From Dictyostelium discoideum (lineage: Eukaryota), in contig CM000152.2 in NCBI GenBank assembly GCA_000004695.1, positions 416,001-480,000 of the forward strand: a stretch of DNA of 64,000 nt, in the 5' to 3' direction. Below the pieces are notes generated by a model. It saw only the letters and a program-made list of their open reading frames with translations, was not told the DNA's origin and searched no databases. The translations under genes were made by a program, and so were the position numbers. The first letter of the stretch is position 1. Each line of letters begins with the position of its first letter. Positions 29,524 through 48,882 of the stretch are shown piece by piece.

Positions 29524-30299
29524 AAGAAATTGAAGAAATTGAAGGAAATAATATTGACCAATTACATTTTTATCCATTTGGTAGAAGAGAGAAATTAGAT
29601 ATAGAAAAAGGTGAATGGAGTGAAAAGGTTTTTAATGACTATGTAAATGGATTTTATGAGGCAATTAGTGATTCAATTAATGTTAGATTAAATAATTTAC
29701 CAATTGCTTCATTGGAAATACCAGATTTAATTAGAGCACCGTTTTTACAAGAGAAACCATTACCTTTGGTTTCTAGATTAGGTATTTTGTTTAGTGGTGG
29801 TTTGGATTCAATGGTTTTAGCCGCAATGTCAAATAAACATATGGAAACACCTGATGAACCAATTCATTTGATTAATGTTGCTTTTGGTGATGATGATTCA
29901 CCATTTGAAGAATATGATAAGGTACCAGATAGAAAAGCAGCAATCTCTGGTTTAAAGGAATTACAAACTATTGCACCAAATAGACAATGGAAATTAATTA
30001 AAGTAAATGTTGGTACAAAAGAAATGGAATGGGCTAAAAAAATAGTTTATCAATTATCTTATCCTGCTATTACAATTATGGATATGACAATTTGTTTAGC
30101 ACTTTGGTTCGCTGGTAGAGGTGAAGGTATATTACATGGTGAGGAGTTAAAAGGTCAAGGTCAACAACAACAGCAACGTTATATGACAACTTGTAAAGTT
30201 TTATTAATGGGTAGTGGTGCAGATGAACAGTTAGCAGGTTATTTAGACATAAATCAGCATTTCAACGTGGTTCTTGGCCAATACTTCGAGCAGAGTTGA
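28626..30299 (+). CDS. Asparagine synthetase domain-containing protein 1 (ASNSD1) homolog, intact N-terminal 557-aa ORF
   Basis: Starts MCGI (Cys2 nucleophile of class-II glutamine amidotransferases). NGELFG, PP-loop SRLGILFSGGLDSMVLAAM, LLMGSGADEQLAGY. Order and spacing match human ASNSD1. Confidence 0.8.
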
Positions 30300-30858
30300 A
30301 TAAAGATTTTAATAGGATTTGGAAAAGAAATTTAGGTAGAGATGACCGTGTTTTAAGTAGTAATAGTCGTGTATCCAAGATTTCCATATTTGGATGAATC
30401 ATTGATTTCCTATTTAAATGGTATTGAGTTACCTTATATTTGTGATTTATCTTTACCACAAGGTACAGGTGATAAAAGGATTTTACGTGAAGTTGGTCGT
30501 AAATTAGGTTTAACCGAATCAACTAAACTTAATTAAAAAAGCAATTCAATTCGGCTCAAGATCTTCAAAACAATTGAATAAAAATGTTCCAGCAAGAATC
30601 ACTCAAAAATGTGGTAAAGATGTTTTTTCATTTACAACTCCAATTTATGATCCACTTCAAGATCCTGGTTATGAAGCTCTTCAAAAACAAAAATTAAAAC
30701 AAAAAATGAGTTTGGAAAGAAAGGAAAAAAAAAATAAAGAAAAATCTGAAAAAATTGAAAAGAAAATTAATTTTAAAAACCAACAAGAAAAACAAAAACA
30801 ACAACCAAATGATGATGAAAATATATTAAGGAAAAAAGAAGTAAAAAATTGTAATTAA
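30227..30858 (+). pseudogene. Frame-shifted C-terminal continuation of the ASNSD1 homolog (three frame changes)
   Basis: Homology to the ASNSD1 C-terminus continues in frame 2 (RHKSAFQRGSWPILRAELNKDFNRIWKRNLGRDDRV). It returns to frame 0 (YPRFPYLDESLISYLNGIELPYICDLSLPQGTGDKRILREVGRKLGLTESTKLN), then frame 1 (IKKAIQFGSRSSKQLNKNVPARITQKCGKD...). The junctions at ~30243, ~30371 and ~30531 are single-nucleotide indels with no intron signals. Confidence 0.6.
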
Positions 30859-31654
30859 AATTTATGGAATAAAATATTAATTTTTTTTATTTAAATTGAT
30901 ATTGTAATAAAATTGAAACCACAAAAAATAGTTTCTTTGTCCAAAAACACTATTTTATTAATTGAAAGACCTTTCTTCCCTTTTTTTCTATTTTACCATT
31001 TTTTGTAATTATTTTTTATTTTGAAGAACAACAATAGGGAATATATTTTATATTAAAAATAGATTTTAATAAAAAAAAAAAAATTTATTGGATTTGTTTA
31101 TTTTTTTTTTTTATATTTATATAATATAAATTTTTATTTTCAATTATTTATTTTTAAATGAGTGTGCAGAATGAAAAAATAAAAATTAAAAGTTTTTACC
31201 CTTTTTTTTTTTATTTTTTATTTTTTTATTTTTTTTTTAATTTATAAATCAAAAAAATAAATGAATTAAATCTGGATTATTTAAATTCTAAAAATAAAAT
31301 TTTGTTTAAAAAAATAAAAAAAATATTTTTCCAATAAGTTTGCTAATCAAAAAAAAAAAAAAAAAAATTTTTTTTATATTTTGGCCAACTTTTTAATCAA
31401 AAAACGAAAAAAAAGTTTTCTCTTTTTTTTTTTTTTTCATTTTTTCACTTTTTTATTTTTTCACTTTTTTATTTTTCATAATATCTTGAAATAATATTAT
31501 TCATATTCACTCGTAATAATACATATAAATTGATATCAATCAGAAAAACAAACAAACAAACAAACAAGCAAATAAACAAACAAAAAAAACGAACAAACAA
31601 AAAACGAACAACAATAAAATAAATAATAAATAAATAAATATATATAAATAAAAA

Positions 31655-32305
<651 letters not shown>

Positions 32306-32653
32306 ATAATAATAATAAAATAAAAACAAAATAAAAAAAACAATTAAAATAAGCAGACACAGACATGAAAACAATAAAATAATAGGAATTTTTTTTTTTA
32401 TTTTTTTTTTTTATTTTTTTAATAAAGAAATAACGATCATGATCACTATCATTCGATATTTTTTATTGTTATATTATTTTATTTTTTAGGATTTATTATA
32501 TTATTTATTACTGGCATCATTTATATATATAGTTGATAAGAATGGAAACACAACTGAACGATTGAGGAAAAAAAAAAGACTTTATTAAAAAACCAACACC
32601 AAAAACTTTGAAGAATTTAGTAGAATACCAAAAAACTAATTTCAACCCATTAA

Positions 32654-32693
<40 letters not shown>

Positions 32694-32707
32694 GATGATG
32701 ATGGTGT

Positions 32708-38535
<5,828 letters not shown>

Positions 38536-38542
38536 TTTGCTT

Positions 38543-38573
<31 letters not shown>

Positions 38574-38812
38574 TTTTATTTTATTTTTAAAATAATAATA
38601 GAATTAATACTTATTAAGAATTATATTTATTTTTATTATTAAAATTTTATTTTTACTATTTTGGAATTTTGGGGGTTTGATTGGAATATTTTATTTTTTT
38701 TTTTTTTTTTTTTAAAAAAAAATATTTAAGTGTATATTTAAATATATACAGGTGAATTTAGATTAACTACAAAAAGTTTAATTATTTATTTTATTATTAT
38801 TATTATTATTTT

Positions 38813-38846
<34 letters not shown>

Positions 38847-39139
38847 CTTTCTTTTGTTTAACTTTTTGAAGAGAAATAGATTATAAAAATAAAAATGGGT
38901 GGATTAATTAATTAGAATTTGGCAATATTTTTATTTCTCTTTTTTTATTTTATTTTTTTTTTAAACAATAGATCATAATTTTATTTTTATTATTTTTTTT
39001 TTTATTTTTTTTTTTTTTTTTTTTTAAAAATAAAAATAATCACACCTATAAAAAAAAGAGGATAAAGGAAAAAAATAAAAAATAAAATAAGATAATATAA
39101 ACAAAAAACAAAAAACAATTCCAATTTCCAAAAAATTTT

Positions 39140-39176
<37 letters not shown>

Positions 39177-40367
39177 AAAGGATTTAAAATAACAATAAAA
39201 ATAAAAATATATATATTTGTATAAATGGGTGTGTGTTTAATTTAACAAAAAATACAATTAAAAAATTAAATAAATAAAATAAAATTAAAAAAAAAAGAGA
39301 AAAAAAAAAAGAGAGAAAAAAAAAAAAAAAAATTAAAATTATAATTTATTGGTAGTTAAAAATAGCAACAAGAATATATATATATATTATATTTGTTGTT
39401 GGATGGTTAAATAATATTAAAAAAAAAAAAAAAAAAAATTGTAGTAATAATAATATTATTATTATTATTTTTATTATTATTTTTATTATTATTTTTATTA
39501 TTATTCCTTTGATGTGATGATATAAAATAATTAATATAAAAAGGAATTTATTTGGGGTTTTATTGGAGTTTGAGTGTATGTGCAGTAAGTAACACACAAT
39601 TTTTTTATCTTATCTATACACCACATTTAAAACCACTTTTATTGTGTTTTTTTTTTTTTTTTATTTTTTTTTTTTTATTTTTTTTTTTTTGTTGTTGTTG
39701 TTATTGTTATTGTTGTTTGAATTAATTGTATTATTATTTTTTTAATGATGGTGAGTTTATCAACATCAAACTTGATCTTTTAAAAAAACAATAAATAAAT
39801 AAATAAATAAATAAAAAAAAAAATGGAAAAAAAAAAAAAAAAAATAAAATAAATATTTATTTAATGATAGTAATAATAATTATTCGTAACCATCAAAGAT
39901 AAAACAACTTAAATGATAGAGAGAACTGGGTTAAGGTGAGTGGGTGAGTGTTTGAGAGTGTGTGAGTGTTTTTTTTTTTTTATTTTTTTTTTATTTTTTT
40001 TTTTTTTCTTTATTTGTGTGTTTTTATTTCTTTAAATATAACATTTTAATTTTATTTGTGCACACACACATTCATTAAGTATCAATTGTGAAGTTTAAAT
40101 GGAAATGTGGGGTGAGTTTGAAATGGGTGAGTGGGTTAGTGTGTGAGAGAGAGCGTGTTTAATATAGATATATGTTTGTGAGAGAGGAAAAAAACGAGAT
40201 TATGAGCGAGAATACTGTTTGTTTTAGATAATAGGGTTCCCTTGAAGTGGGGTTTATGAGTGTGAAAAGTGAGTTTGAGTGTGGAATGTGTGTGTGTGTG
40301 TGGTAATTTTATATATATTATGTACAAATATTTAATTTAAAATTATATGTATTATTTGTGAGGGGTG

Positions 40368-40406
<39 letters not shown>

Positions 40407-40892
40407 AAAGCAAAACAAAAATAAAGTTAAATATATACAAAATTCATTCAAATAATTGAAAACGCTGGATTCAAAAATCATCTGATGGGGTCTCTTTTTT
40501 TTTTAAAAAAAAAAAAAAAAAAAAAAAGATAAACATAATTTAATATGACAAATTTGGTGATAACTACCAATTAAAGAAAAATGACCCAAAAGATATTCTA
40601 ATAAACAAAAAAAAAAATTATAAATTTATATAAAAAAAAAAATAACTGTTAAATATGATAATTTTTGGAATGCATATTGTAAAAAATAACTTTTATAAAA
40701 AAAAAAAAAATGGAAATAGTTGGAAAATAACCATTTTAGTTTTGATGAAAAAAAATAAAATAAAATAAAATAAAATAAAATAAAATAAAAACATTGAATT
40801 TTTTTAAAAAATGATATACTATAAATAAAATTTATCTTAAAATAGTTAAATAGATAAATGATACCAAAATTATTACAAAAATCAATGATATT

Positions 40893-40930
<38 letters not shown>

Positions 40931-41630
40931 ATATAAAATATTATTTTTTTTACAAATAAAATAATGATAAAAGAAATAAAATAATTATTATTTTTAACAT
41001 TAAAAATTATTGTTGTCTATTATTATTATTATTTTTTTTTTATTATTATTGGTTTTATTATTATTATTATTGTTTTCATTATTATTCCTTTTTTTTTTTT
41101 TTTAATTGATTGGGAAAAGATTTAATACTTACTTATATGGGATATTGTTTTTTTTTTTTTTTTTTTTAAAATTATAAAAATAATTACTTTTAACCAGGAA
41201 TGAAATAAACAATTTTGTAAATTTTAAATTAGTAATTATGTTTGTTGTTGTTTAATTTAAACAAAAAAAAATCAAAGGATAATAATAATTAAATTAATAA
41301 TTATTTTTTTTTTTTTTTTTTATTTGTTAGAAAAAAAAAAAAATATATAATGAAAAAATATATTTATAATGTTTATAACTATTTTGTTGTTGTTTTTGTT
41401 TGATGTTGATAAAAATTTTAAAAATATAAATAATATTTATTTTCTTTATTTAAAAAAAAAAAAAAAAGATTAAAAAAAAAAAAAAAAAAAAAAAAAGTAT
41501 ATAATTATATTGTTGTTGTTATTGTTTTTTTTTAAAAATTTTTTTTGTTTTTTCCTAATGGAGTGATCTGTAGTATATACTACCAGTATCAAAAAAAATA
41601 ATGAGCAATCAGAATTTCAAGAAGCTAAAC

Positions 41631-41683
<53 letters not shown>

Positions 41684-41802
41684 AATTAAAATAATTAAAA
41701 TTATTATAAAATTATTAAAAAAATAAATAATAATAATAATAATAAATAAAAGAAAAAAATAAATTAAAGTGTACAATATACAATTTGTGGCAAAAATATT
41801 TG

Positions 41803-41838
<36 letters not shown>

Positions 41839-42703
41839 AAACATACACCCCAAACACCACCTATTTCTATGTATTTATCCATTTTTATTTATTTCACTCT
41901 AACCCAAAATTTTGTATTGCATTTGATAAATAAATAAATTGTTTTTAATATTAAAGATTTATCATTTTTTTATATTAATTTCGATGATGTGTATATATGT
42001 GTGTGTATGTGAGTGAGTGTGTGTATATTTTTTTAAAATATGTATTTTGGAGTTAATGTACTTCATTTGTGTGTTGGTAGTACTATATATATATAGGAAA
42101 AAAATTAAAAAATTAAAAAATTAAAAAAAAAAAAAAGCGTGTGTGAGCTGATAATATTATTGTTATGAACACTATTTTAGTAGTTTTTAAAAAACGATAT
42201 GTTAATTTTTTACTATTGTTGGTGAACATAAAATAATAATAAAAAAAAAAAAACTATAAATATCATTAAATTAATTATTAATATTATTATTTTTTAAATA
42301 CATTATTTTTTTATTATTATTTTTTTTTTTATAATATCAAACGGATATGATTTATGTGGTAAAATTATGTGTTTGAGTGTGGTATCATCAATTATTGGAA
42401 GAAGAGTTTCATTCAAAAAAAAAAAAAAAAAAAAAAAACAAGAAAACCAACAATAACGAAAAATATTATCTATTATGGAAAAATTAAAATAAACTAATAC
42501 TATAATTTCTAATTTCACATTGAACATTACCTTATATATATATATATGTGTGTTGAATTTTTGGTGTTATGGTAATAATCGTGGTTATTTATATTTATAT
42601 AAACATATATGTCGATTAATAATTTTATTTATTTATTTTTTAATTTCTTTTTTTTTATTTTTTTTTTTTTTTTTAATTTATCATATCTTAATTTACCAAT
42701 GGG

Positions 42704-42765
<62 letters not shown>

Positions 42766-42848
42766 TAAACTTTTATAAAAAAATTAAAAATGTGTAAACC
42801 ACACATTCTATTGCCCAGTTGGTATGTGTGTGTGTGTGTGACACATAT

Positions 42849-42911
<63 letters not shown>

Positions 42912-43552
42912 AAATTGGAACAATAGTGTGTTTACTCTATCGATCAGTAAACCGAATTATAACTATAAAATTTCATTTATTTTAATTAAAATTCCATATT
43001 AAATTTATTTTTTACTCTCTCCATTATTACCTTTACACATTTCTTTTCCATGCCATTTATATTACACTTCACAATTTATTGTCATTATCATCAGATTAAA
43101 TTTACATTTTGAAACGATTTTGATCAATCACATATTTGTGTTTTTATCGTGAAAAAAAAAAAAAAAAATAAAAAAATAAAAAAAAAAAAAAAAAGAAAGA
43201 TTTTGAAACCCACAAAACATTGATTCGAAAATACCTAAATTAAATTTTATTTTTTTTTTATTATTTTTTTTTTTTTATTTTTTTTTTATTTTTTTTTCTA
43301 AACACTGACAATAAGACCTTCAAAAGAAGTGATTAAATAAAAAAAATAATTATTTGAATAAAAAATAAAAAAAAAAAAGAAAAAAAAAAATTTTAAAAAT
43401 AATTGCCAAAGTTTTATTTGAAAAAAAAATTAATCAAAAAAAAAATAAAAAAAATAAAAAAAATAAAAAAAATTTTTTTAAAAAAAAAAATAAAAAAAAA
43501 TAAAAAAAAAAAAATAAATAAAACACCAAACACAATAAACAATAAACAGCAC

Positions 43553-45950
43553 ATGGAGATATTAACAACAATTGAAAGAAGTAAATTATATATATATATT
43601 TATTGCTCAATAATAATAAAAAAAAAAATAATCTAACCTAATTTTTTTTTTTTTTTTTTTTTTAATAAATAGAAAATATAGATATTTTTTTAGGACAAAA
43701 GAATGAAGATGAAAATTATTTACAAAGAATTGAAGTAAAAGGAAAGAAACCAAGAAAATTATTCTTTATCATTGGAAATAATAGAATTTTCTTTTTTAAA
43801 GTTGGTGGTAAAATTGAAACAGATCATCATTTTTTAGATATTTTAGAATTAAAATATGATGGTATAAAAGAAGTAAGTTTTATTTATTTATTTATTTATT
43901 TATTTGTTTAATTTATTTGTTTTTTGTTTAATAAATTAATTTTTTTTATTTTTTTTTATTTTTATTTTTAGATAACATTAAAATTTAAAAATGATAATGG
44001 TAAAGAACCATTAATATTTGGAGTTGAAACAGATGCAGATGCATCAGAGATTGTTTTGGCAATTGATTATTTATTTACATTGAATTTTCCAGGTATGCAA
44101 TCAAATAGATTAAAGATTACAGTACCAGAACCAAAGAGAACCGAAATTTATAGTTCACCAAATGCATTGATACCAGATATGGGAGCATGTGGAGGATTCA
44201 CTTTAACTTATTTCTCAATGTGTGATCATATGAACATTCAACCAATTAGTGAAGTATCTTGGCATATTGAAAATGTTATCTCTGGTACATTAATAAGAGA
44301 ATTCGATTATGGTTTCTTTTTTAAAAAAGAAAGAATCATCACTGCTGACGCAAGACCAATCATGGCAGCATTATCAATTAATCCTTATTTTAATTCATTT
44401 TCAATTAAAGATATTAAATTATCAAGTGAATGGTAATCATCATTATAATAATAATAATAATGATAATTAATAATATATATATATATATATATATATTAAT
44501 ATTTATTTATTTTATTTTATATAGTATTTTTTCAATAATTGGTTTAATTAATCAAAATTTATATTTTACAAAATTAGTATTAAATGGTATTGGATTAGAT
44601 AGATCAACAACAGAGAAATTAATTGAGGCATTTAATAGTAATAAAATGATACCATTGAGAGAATTAGATCTTGGTAATAATTCAATTGAGGATAAGGGTA
44701 TGATGGTTTTGGGTGAATATTTAAAGGTTACACCATATGAATTGAAAAGTTTAATATTGAATAATTGTTCAGCCGGTAAGAATTCAATGACAGTGATTGG
44801 TGAAGCAGTTTCTAATAATGAAAATATTTTAAAGAATTTAAAGTATTTGGATGTCAGTGGTAATAGATTAGAGAATGATGGGTCATCATCATTTTCAAAG
44901 CTATTGGAGAGATCAAAAGTGTTGTCTACTTTTTTAATTGGTAATAGTAATCCACAGTTTCATCAACTTTCAAAGGTTTGTATATCGTTGACTAAATTTG
45001 ATAACTCTGGTAATAGAATCACGAGAAAGGATAACATTCACAGAGATATGGTTAGCTTTTTAAATCATTCCATCTATCTATCGAGTTTGAATCTATCAAA
45101 ATGTCAAATTCCAGTGGAGGCAGTCGCCGATATCTTTGGCGAGGGTAACCTAATCAAATTGGAGACTTTGAACATCTCTGACAACGATTTGGGCGACGAG
45201 GGCATAACGATCCTCTGTGATTTCATGGCAAACCATCAAAGTATTCGTAATTTAGATCTTAGTGGTAACTTTTCAAAGAGAACTAAAGCTAGACAAACCG
45301 CTATAGAATCCATTGTTAATATGTTGGAAAAGAAATCAAAGACTCACAATTCCATACGTTCTTTGATTTTAAACAGTGGTTACACCGGTGGCGGTAGTAG
45401 CAGTAGACAGTTGAAGGGCGATCTATTGCCAATCGTATGCTCGGTGTTCTACAATGGCTCTTTGAAGGAGTTGGATATCAGTGGTCATTCAAGTGGCGAT
45501 ATTTTAGCAGCTGCAATTGGTAAACTCTTGCAATGTAACACTGGTTTGGAAACTCTCTATTTCGATGATAACTCTATTAGTAGTCGTGGTTTGACTTTAA
45601 TTAAATTTGGTTTACAAAGAAATACAACAATCACTCAATTACCATTACCAATTAAAGATATTGCTGCCTCTTTGAAAAGTGATGCAACTCCATTGAATCT
45701 TCAAAAGTTAACAGAGGTTTCAAATGAAATTCAACAAACTATCCTAGACAATTATACAAATAAAATTCAAGGTACAACTCTAACAAATAATTCAATTAAA
45801 ACTCAATCACTCTCTAGATCAAGAGCAAATTCAACTCCATTAGTAATTGATACAAAATCAACAATTGCAACTTGTGCTGGTTTAAATTCTTTTATTTCAA
45901 TTGATATTGATAATACAATTGAACCATTAGCAAATTTAATTGTTAATTAA
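43553..45950 (+). CDS. CARMIL-like protein (N-terminal PH-like region + ribonuclease-inhibitor-type LRRs). Exons 43553..43580, 43694..43872, 43972..44432, 44525..45950.
   Basis: Exon 3 GACGGFTLTYFSMCDH...PIMAALSINPYFNSFSIKDIKLS aligns with human CARMIL1 GPCGGFSQMYACVCDW...[22 protein letters not shown]. LRR exon has LDLGNNSIEDKGMMVLGEYL, LDVSGNRLENDGSSSF, LNISDNDLGDEGITILCDF. All three introns have GTAAAT/GTAAGT/GTAATC donors with verified phases. The protein (~745 aa) is shorter than canonical CARMIL, so it may be a paralog lacking the C-terminal CP-binding and Pro-rich region. Confidence 0.75.
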
Positions 45951-45971
45951 GATTTATCTCTTTTATCCAAG

Positions 45972-46006
<35 letters not shown>

Positions 46007-46480
46007 TATTTATTTATTTATTGTTTATTTTTCTTCTTTTTTTTCTTTATTTTTCTTTTTTTTTTTTTTTTATTTAAAAAAAAAAAACATGGAAAATAAA
46101 ATAAAATAAAATAAAAAATAAAAAAATTGTACTTGTATAAAAAAAAAAAAATAAAAAAAAAAAATAACCGAATTTCTTAAAATCTTTAATAATTAATAAG
46201 GGGAGACGAAAATAAAAAATAAAAGTTAAAAAAAAAAAAAAAATAAAATTACTTTTCACCACTTTAATGCTATTTAAATTTTTATAAAAATCCTACTATA
46301 ACCTTAATAATAAATAAAAAAACAAAAAAATTGTTCTTGTATAAAAATAACTAAATATCTTTTTCTAGATTTTTTTTTAAAAAAAAAAAAAAAAAAACTA
46401 TATATTTTGTCGATTTCTTTATTGGGAATTTGAAAAAAAAAAAAAAAAAAAATAAAATATTTTTAAAAAAACTTTTGTTG

Positions 46481-46513
<33 letters not shown>

Positions 46514-46647
46514 ATTCATACACACCTCCTACTCACACACATATTCACACAGAAGAAAAACATTGAAATAAAAGTGATATAGGAGAGAGAGATAAAAAAT
46601 TAAATAATATAAATAAAATATATAATATAATATATATAAAACAATAA

Positions 46648-47657
46648 ATGAAATTAAAACCAAATGATATTTATATACCTTTAAACTCAATACAATTTAA
46701 AATTCATCACAACGACATTAATATAAAATATGATACTGAAGAAGATAACAATAATAACAATAACAACAACAACAACAACAGGTATATAGATGATAATGAA
46801 AAAATGAAAATAAGTGAAGATGAATCAATTTTCAAATCTATTAATAATGATAATAAAAATCAACAAAATGATAATATAATAAATAGTTTCAATAGAGGTA
46901 GTAATTCATTTTTATTTAATATAATAAATTTTTATAAATCACCAAGATTTCTATCAGGTGGTGCTGTTTTATTATATGGTAAATTATCATTATTATTATC
47001 ATCATCATCATCATTATTATTATTCTTTTATTTTTTTATTTTTTTTTATTTTTTTACTAATCGATTTCAATGATTATAGGTTCAGTTAGTTTATGTCAGA
47101 CAATATTTAATAAAAAAGTAATGACTACATATGATTTTAGTGCTTCAAATTTTTTATTATTCAATCAAATGGTTGTAACAATTGTAATATTACATATTTT
47201 AAAACATTTTAATATTTTAAAAATAAATACAAATTTTGAAAAAGAAACAATTAAAAAAGTATGTAAAAAAAAAAAAATATATATTATAGTAAGAGAGAGA
47301 GAGATTTTTACTAATTTTCTCTCTTTTTTTATTATTATTATTAGCTTATGCCATTATCATTTTGTTATATAATTAATGTTTTGTTAGGATTGGATTCATT
47401 AAAACAATTAAATATACCAATGTATAGTGCATTGAAAAGATTAGTAGCAGTAGTAATTTTGGTAATGGAGTATTTCATTTTAAAAAAGGTTTCTCCTCCA
47501 AAAATTATAGCATCAGTTGTTGTTATGGTAATTGGAGCAGTGGTTGCTGGGATCACTGATTTATCTTTTAATTCCTTAGGTTATAGTTTAGTTTTATTAA
47601 GTTGTATATTTCAAGTATGTATATTATAATAATAGTAATAGTAATAATATTTATTAA

Positions 47658-47691
<34 letters not shown>

Positions 47692-48104
47692 TATAGGCAT
47701 CATATTTAATTTATGTTAAAAAAGTTGCAAGTAATATGTCAACATATGATATGTTATATTATAATAGTGTTTTATCATTACCTATAACAATATTTTTAAT
47801 GATAGTGAACCAAGAGATTGAATATTTTCAAACTTTTGAACATTTATATGATAGTTCATTTCAAGCTTATTTCATCCTAAGTATATTTTTAGGATTTTTC
47901 TTAAATTTTTGTATCTTTTTCTGCACATCAGTAAATTCACCTTTGACCACAAGCGTAACTGGTCAAGTTAAAAATATAGCTTCAACAATCATTGGTGCTA
48001 TGGTTTTCAATGATATTATCATTCATCCAATTAATATACTCGGTTTAATAATTAATATTATTGGTAGTATTTGGTATTCATTTTTAAAATTAACTTCAAA
48101 ATAA
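46648..48104 (+). CDS. SLC35D-like nucleotide-sugar transporter (TPT family). Exons 46648..46978, 47080..47258, 47345..47614, 47697..48104.
   Basis: Multi-TM protein. Exon 2 SVSLCQTIFNKKVMTTYDFSASNFLLFNQMVVTIVIL. Exon 4 SPLTTSVTGQVKNIASTIIGAMVFNDI is the conserved C-terminal NST motif. Donors GTAAAT/GTATGT/GTATGT. All junction phases verified. Confidence 0.8.
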
Positions 48105-48115
48105 ACAGGGTTTAT

Positions 48116-48163
<48 letters not shown>

Positions 48164-48387
48164 TAAATTAATAAATAAATAAATAATATATTATTATTTA
48201 CAAATATAAAAAAAAAAAAAATATTAATTTATACCAGGTTTAAAAAAAAAGATTTTTTTTTTATTTTTATTTTATTTTTATTTTTATTTTTATTAATTTC
48301 ACTTTTTTTTTTTTTTTTTACCACTGTTTTGTTTTTTTTAATTTAATTTAATATCCTTAAAAAAAAAAAAAAAAAAAAAAAAAAACA

Positions 48388-48840
48388 ATGAATAATAATA
48401 ATAATTTTGAAAATAAATTTTGGAAAGTTTTTAGAAATAAATATTTAAATTATAAAATTTTTTATTTTATTTATAATGGGGATGAATGGTGGAGTCAATG
48501 TAAAGAATATAGAGATATTAATTGTATAACTAGTAAAGTTAGGTTTAAACATATTCAATCATTTAAATGGATGATTGAAAAAAGGTTATTTCAATTATTA
48601 ATTTGTAAATTAAATGCAAATGAATTAATTTCATTTGATAATGATTCAATTTCAAATTTTATAAATTTACTATATCAAGAAGAAACAAATAAACAAAATA
48701 ACTTTTTACCTGAATTTACTCAAATAATAAATTTATTATTACTAAAAAAGGAATATAAACAACAATTATCTGACCAAAATTTTAAAAAAATAAAACAATT
48801 CCAAGAATTAAATAGTTTTTGTTCAACAAATTTAAAAGAA

Positions 48841-48882
<42 letters not shown>

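Noticed and set aside
40136-40327. 63-aa minus-strand ORF in the GT-rich island
   Set aside because: His/Thr/Leu-rich translation of (AC)n-like sequence. No start context. Not coding-like.
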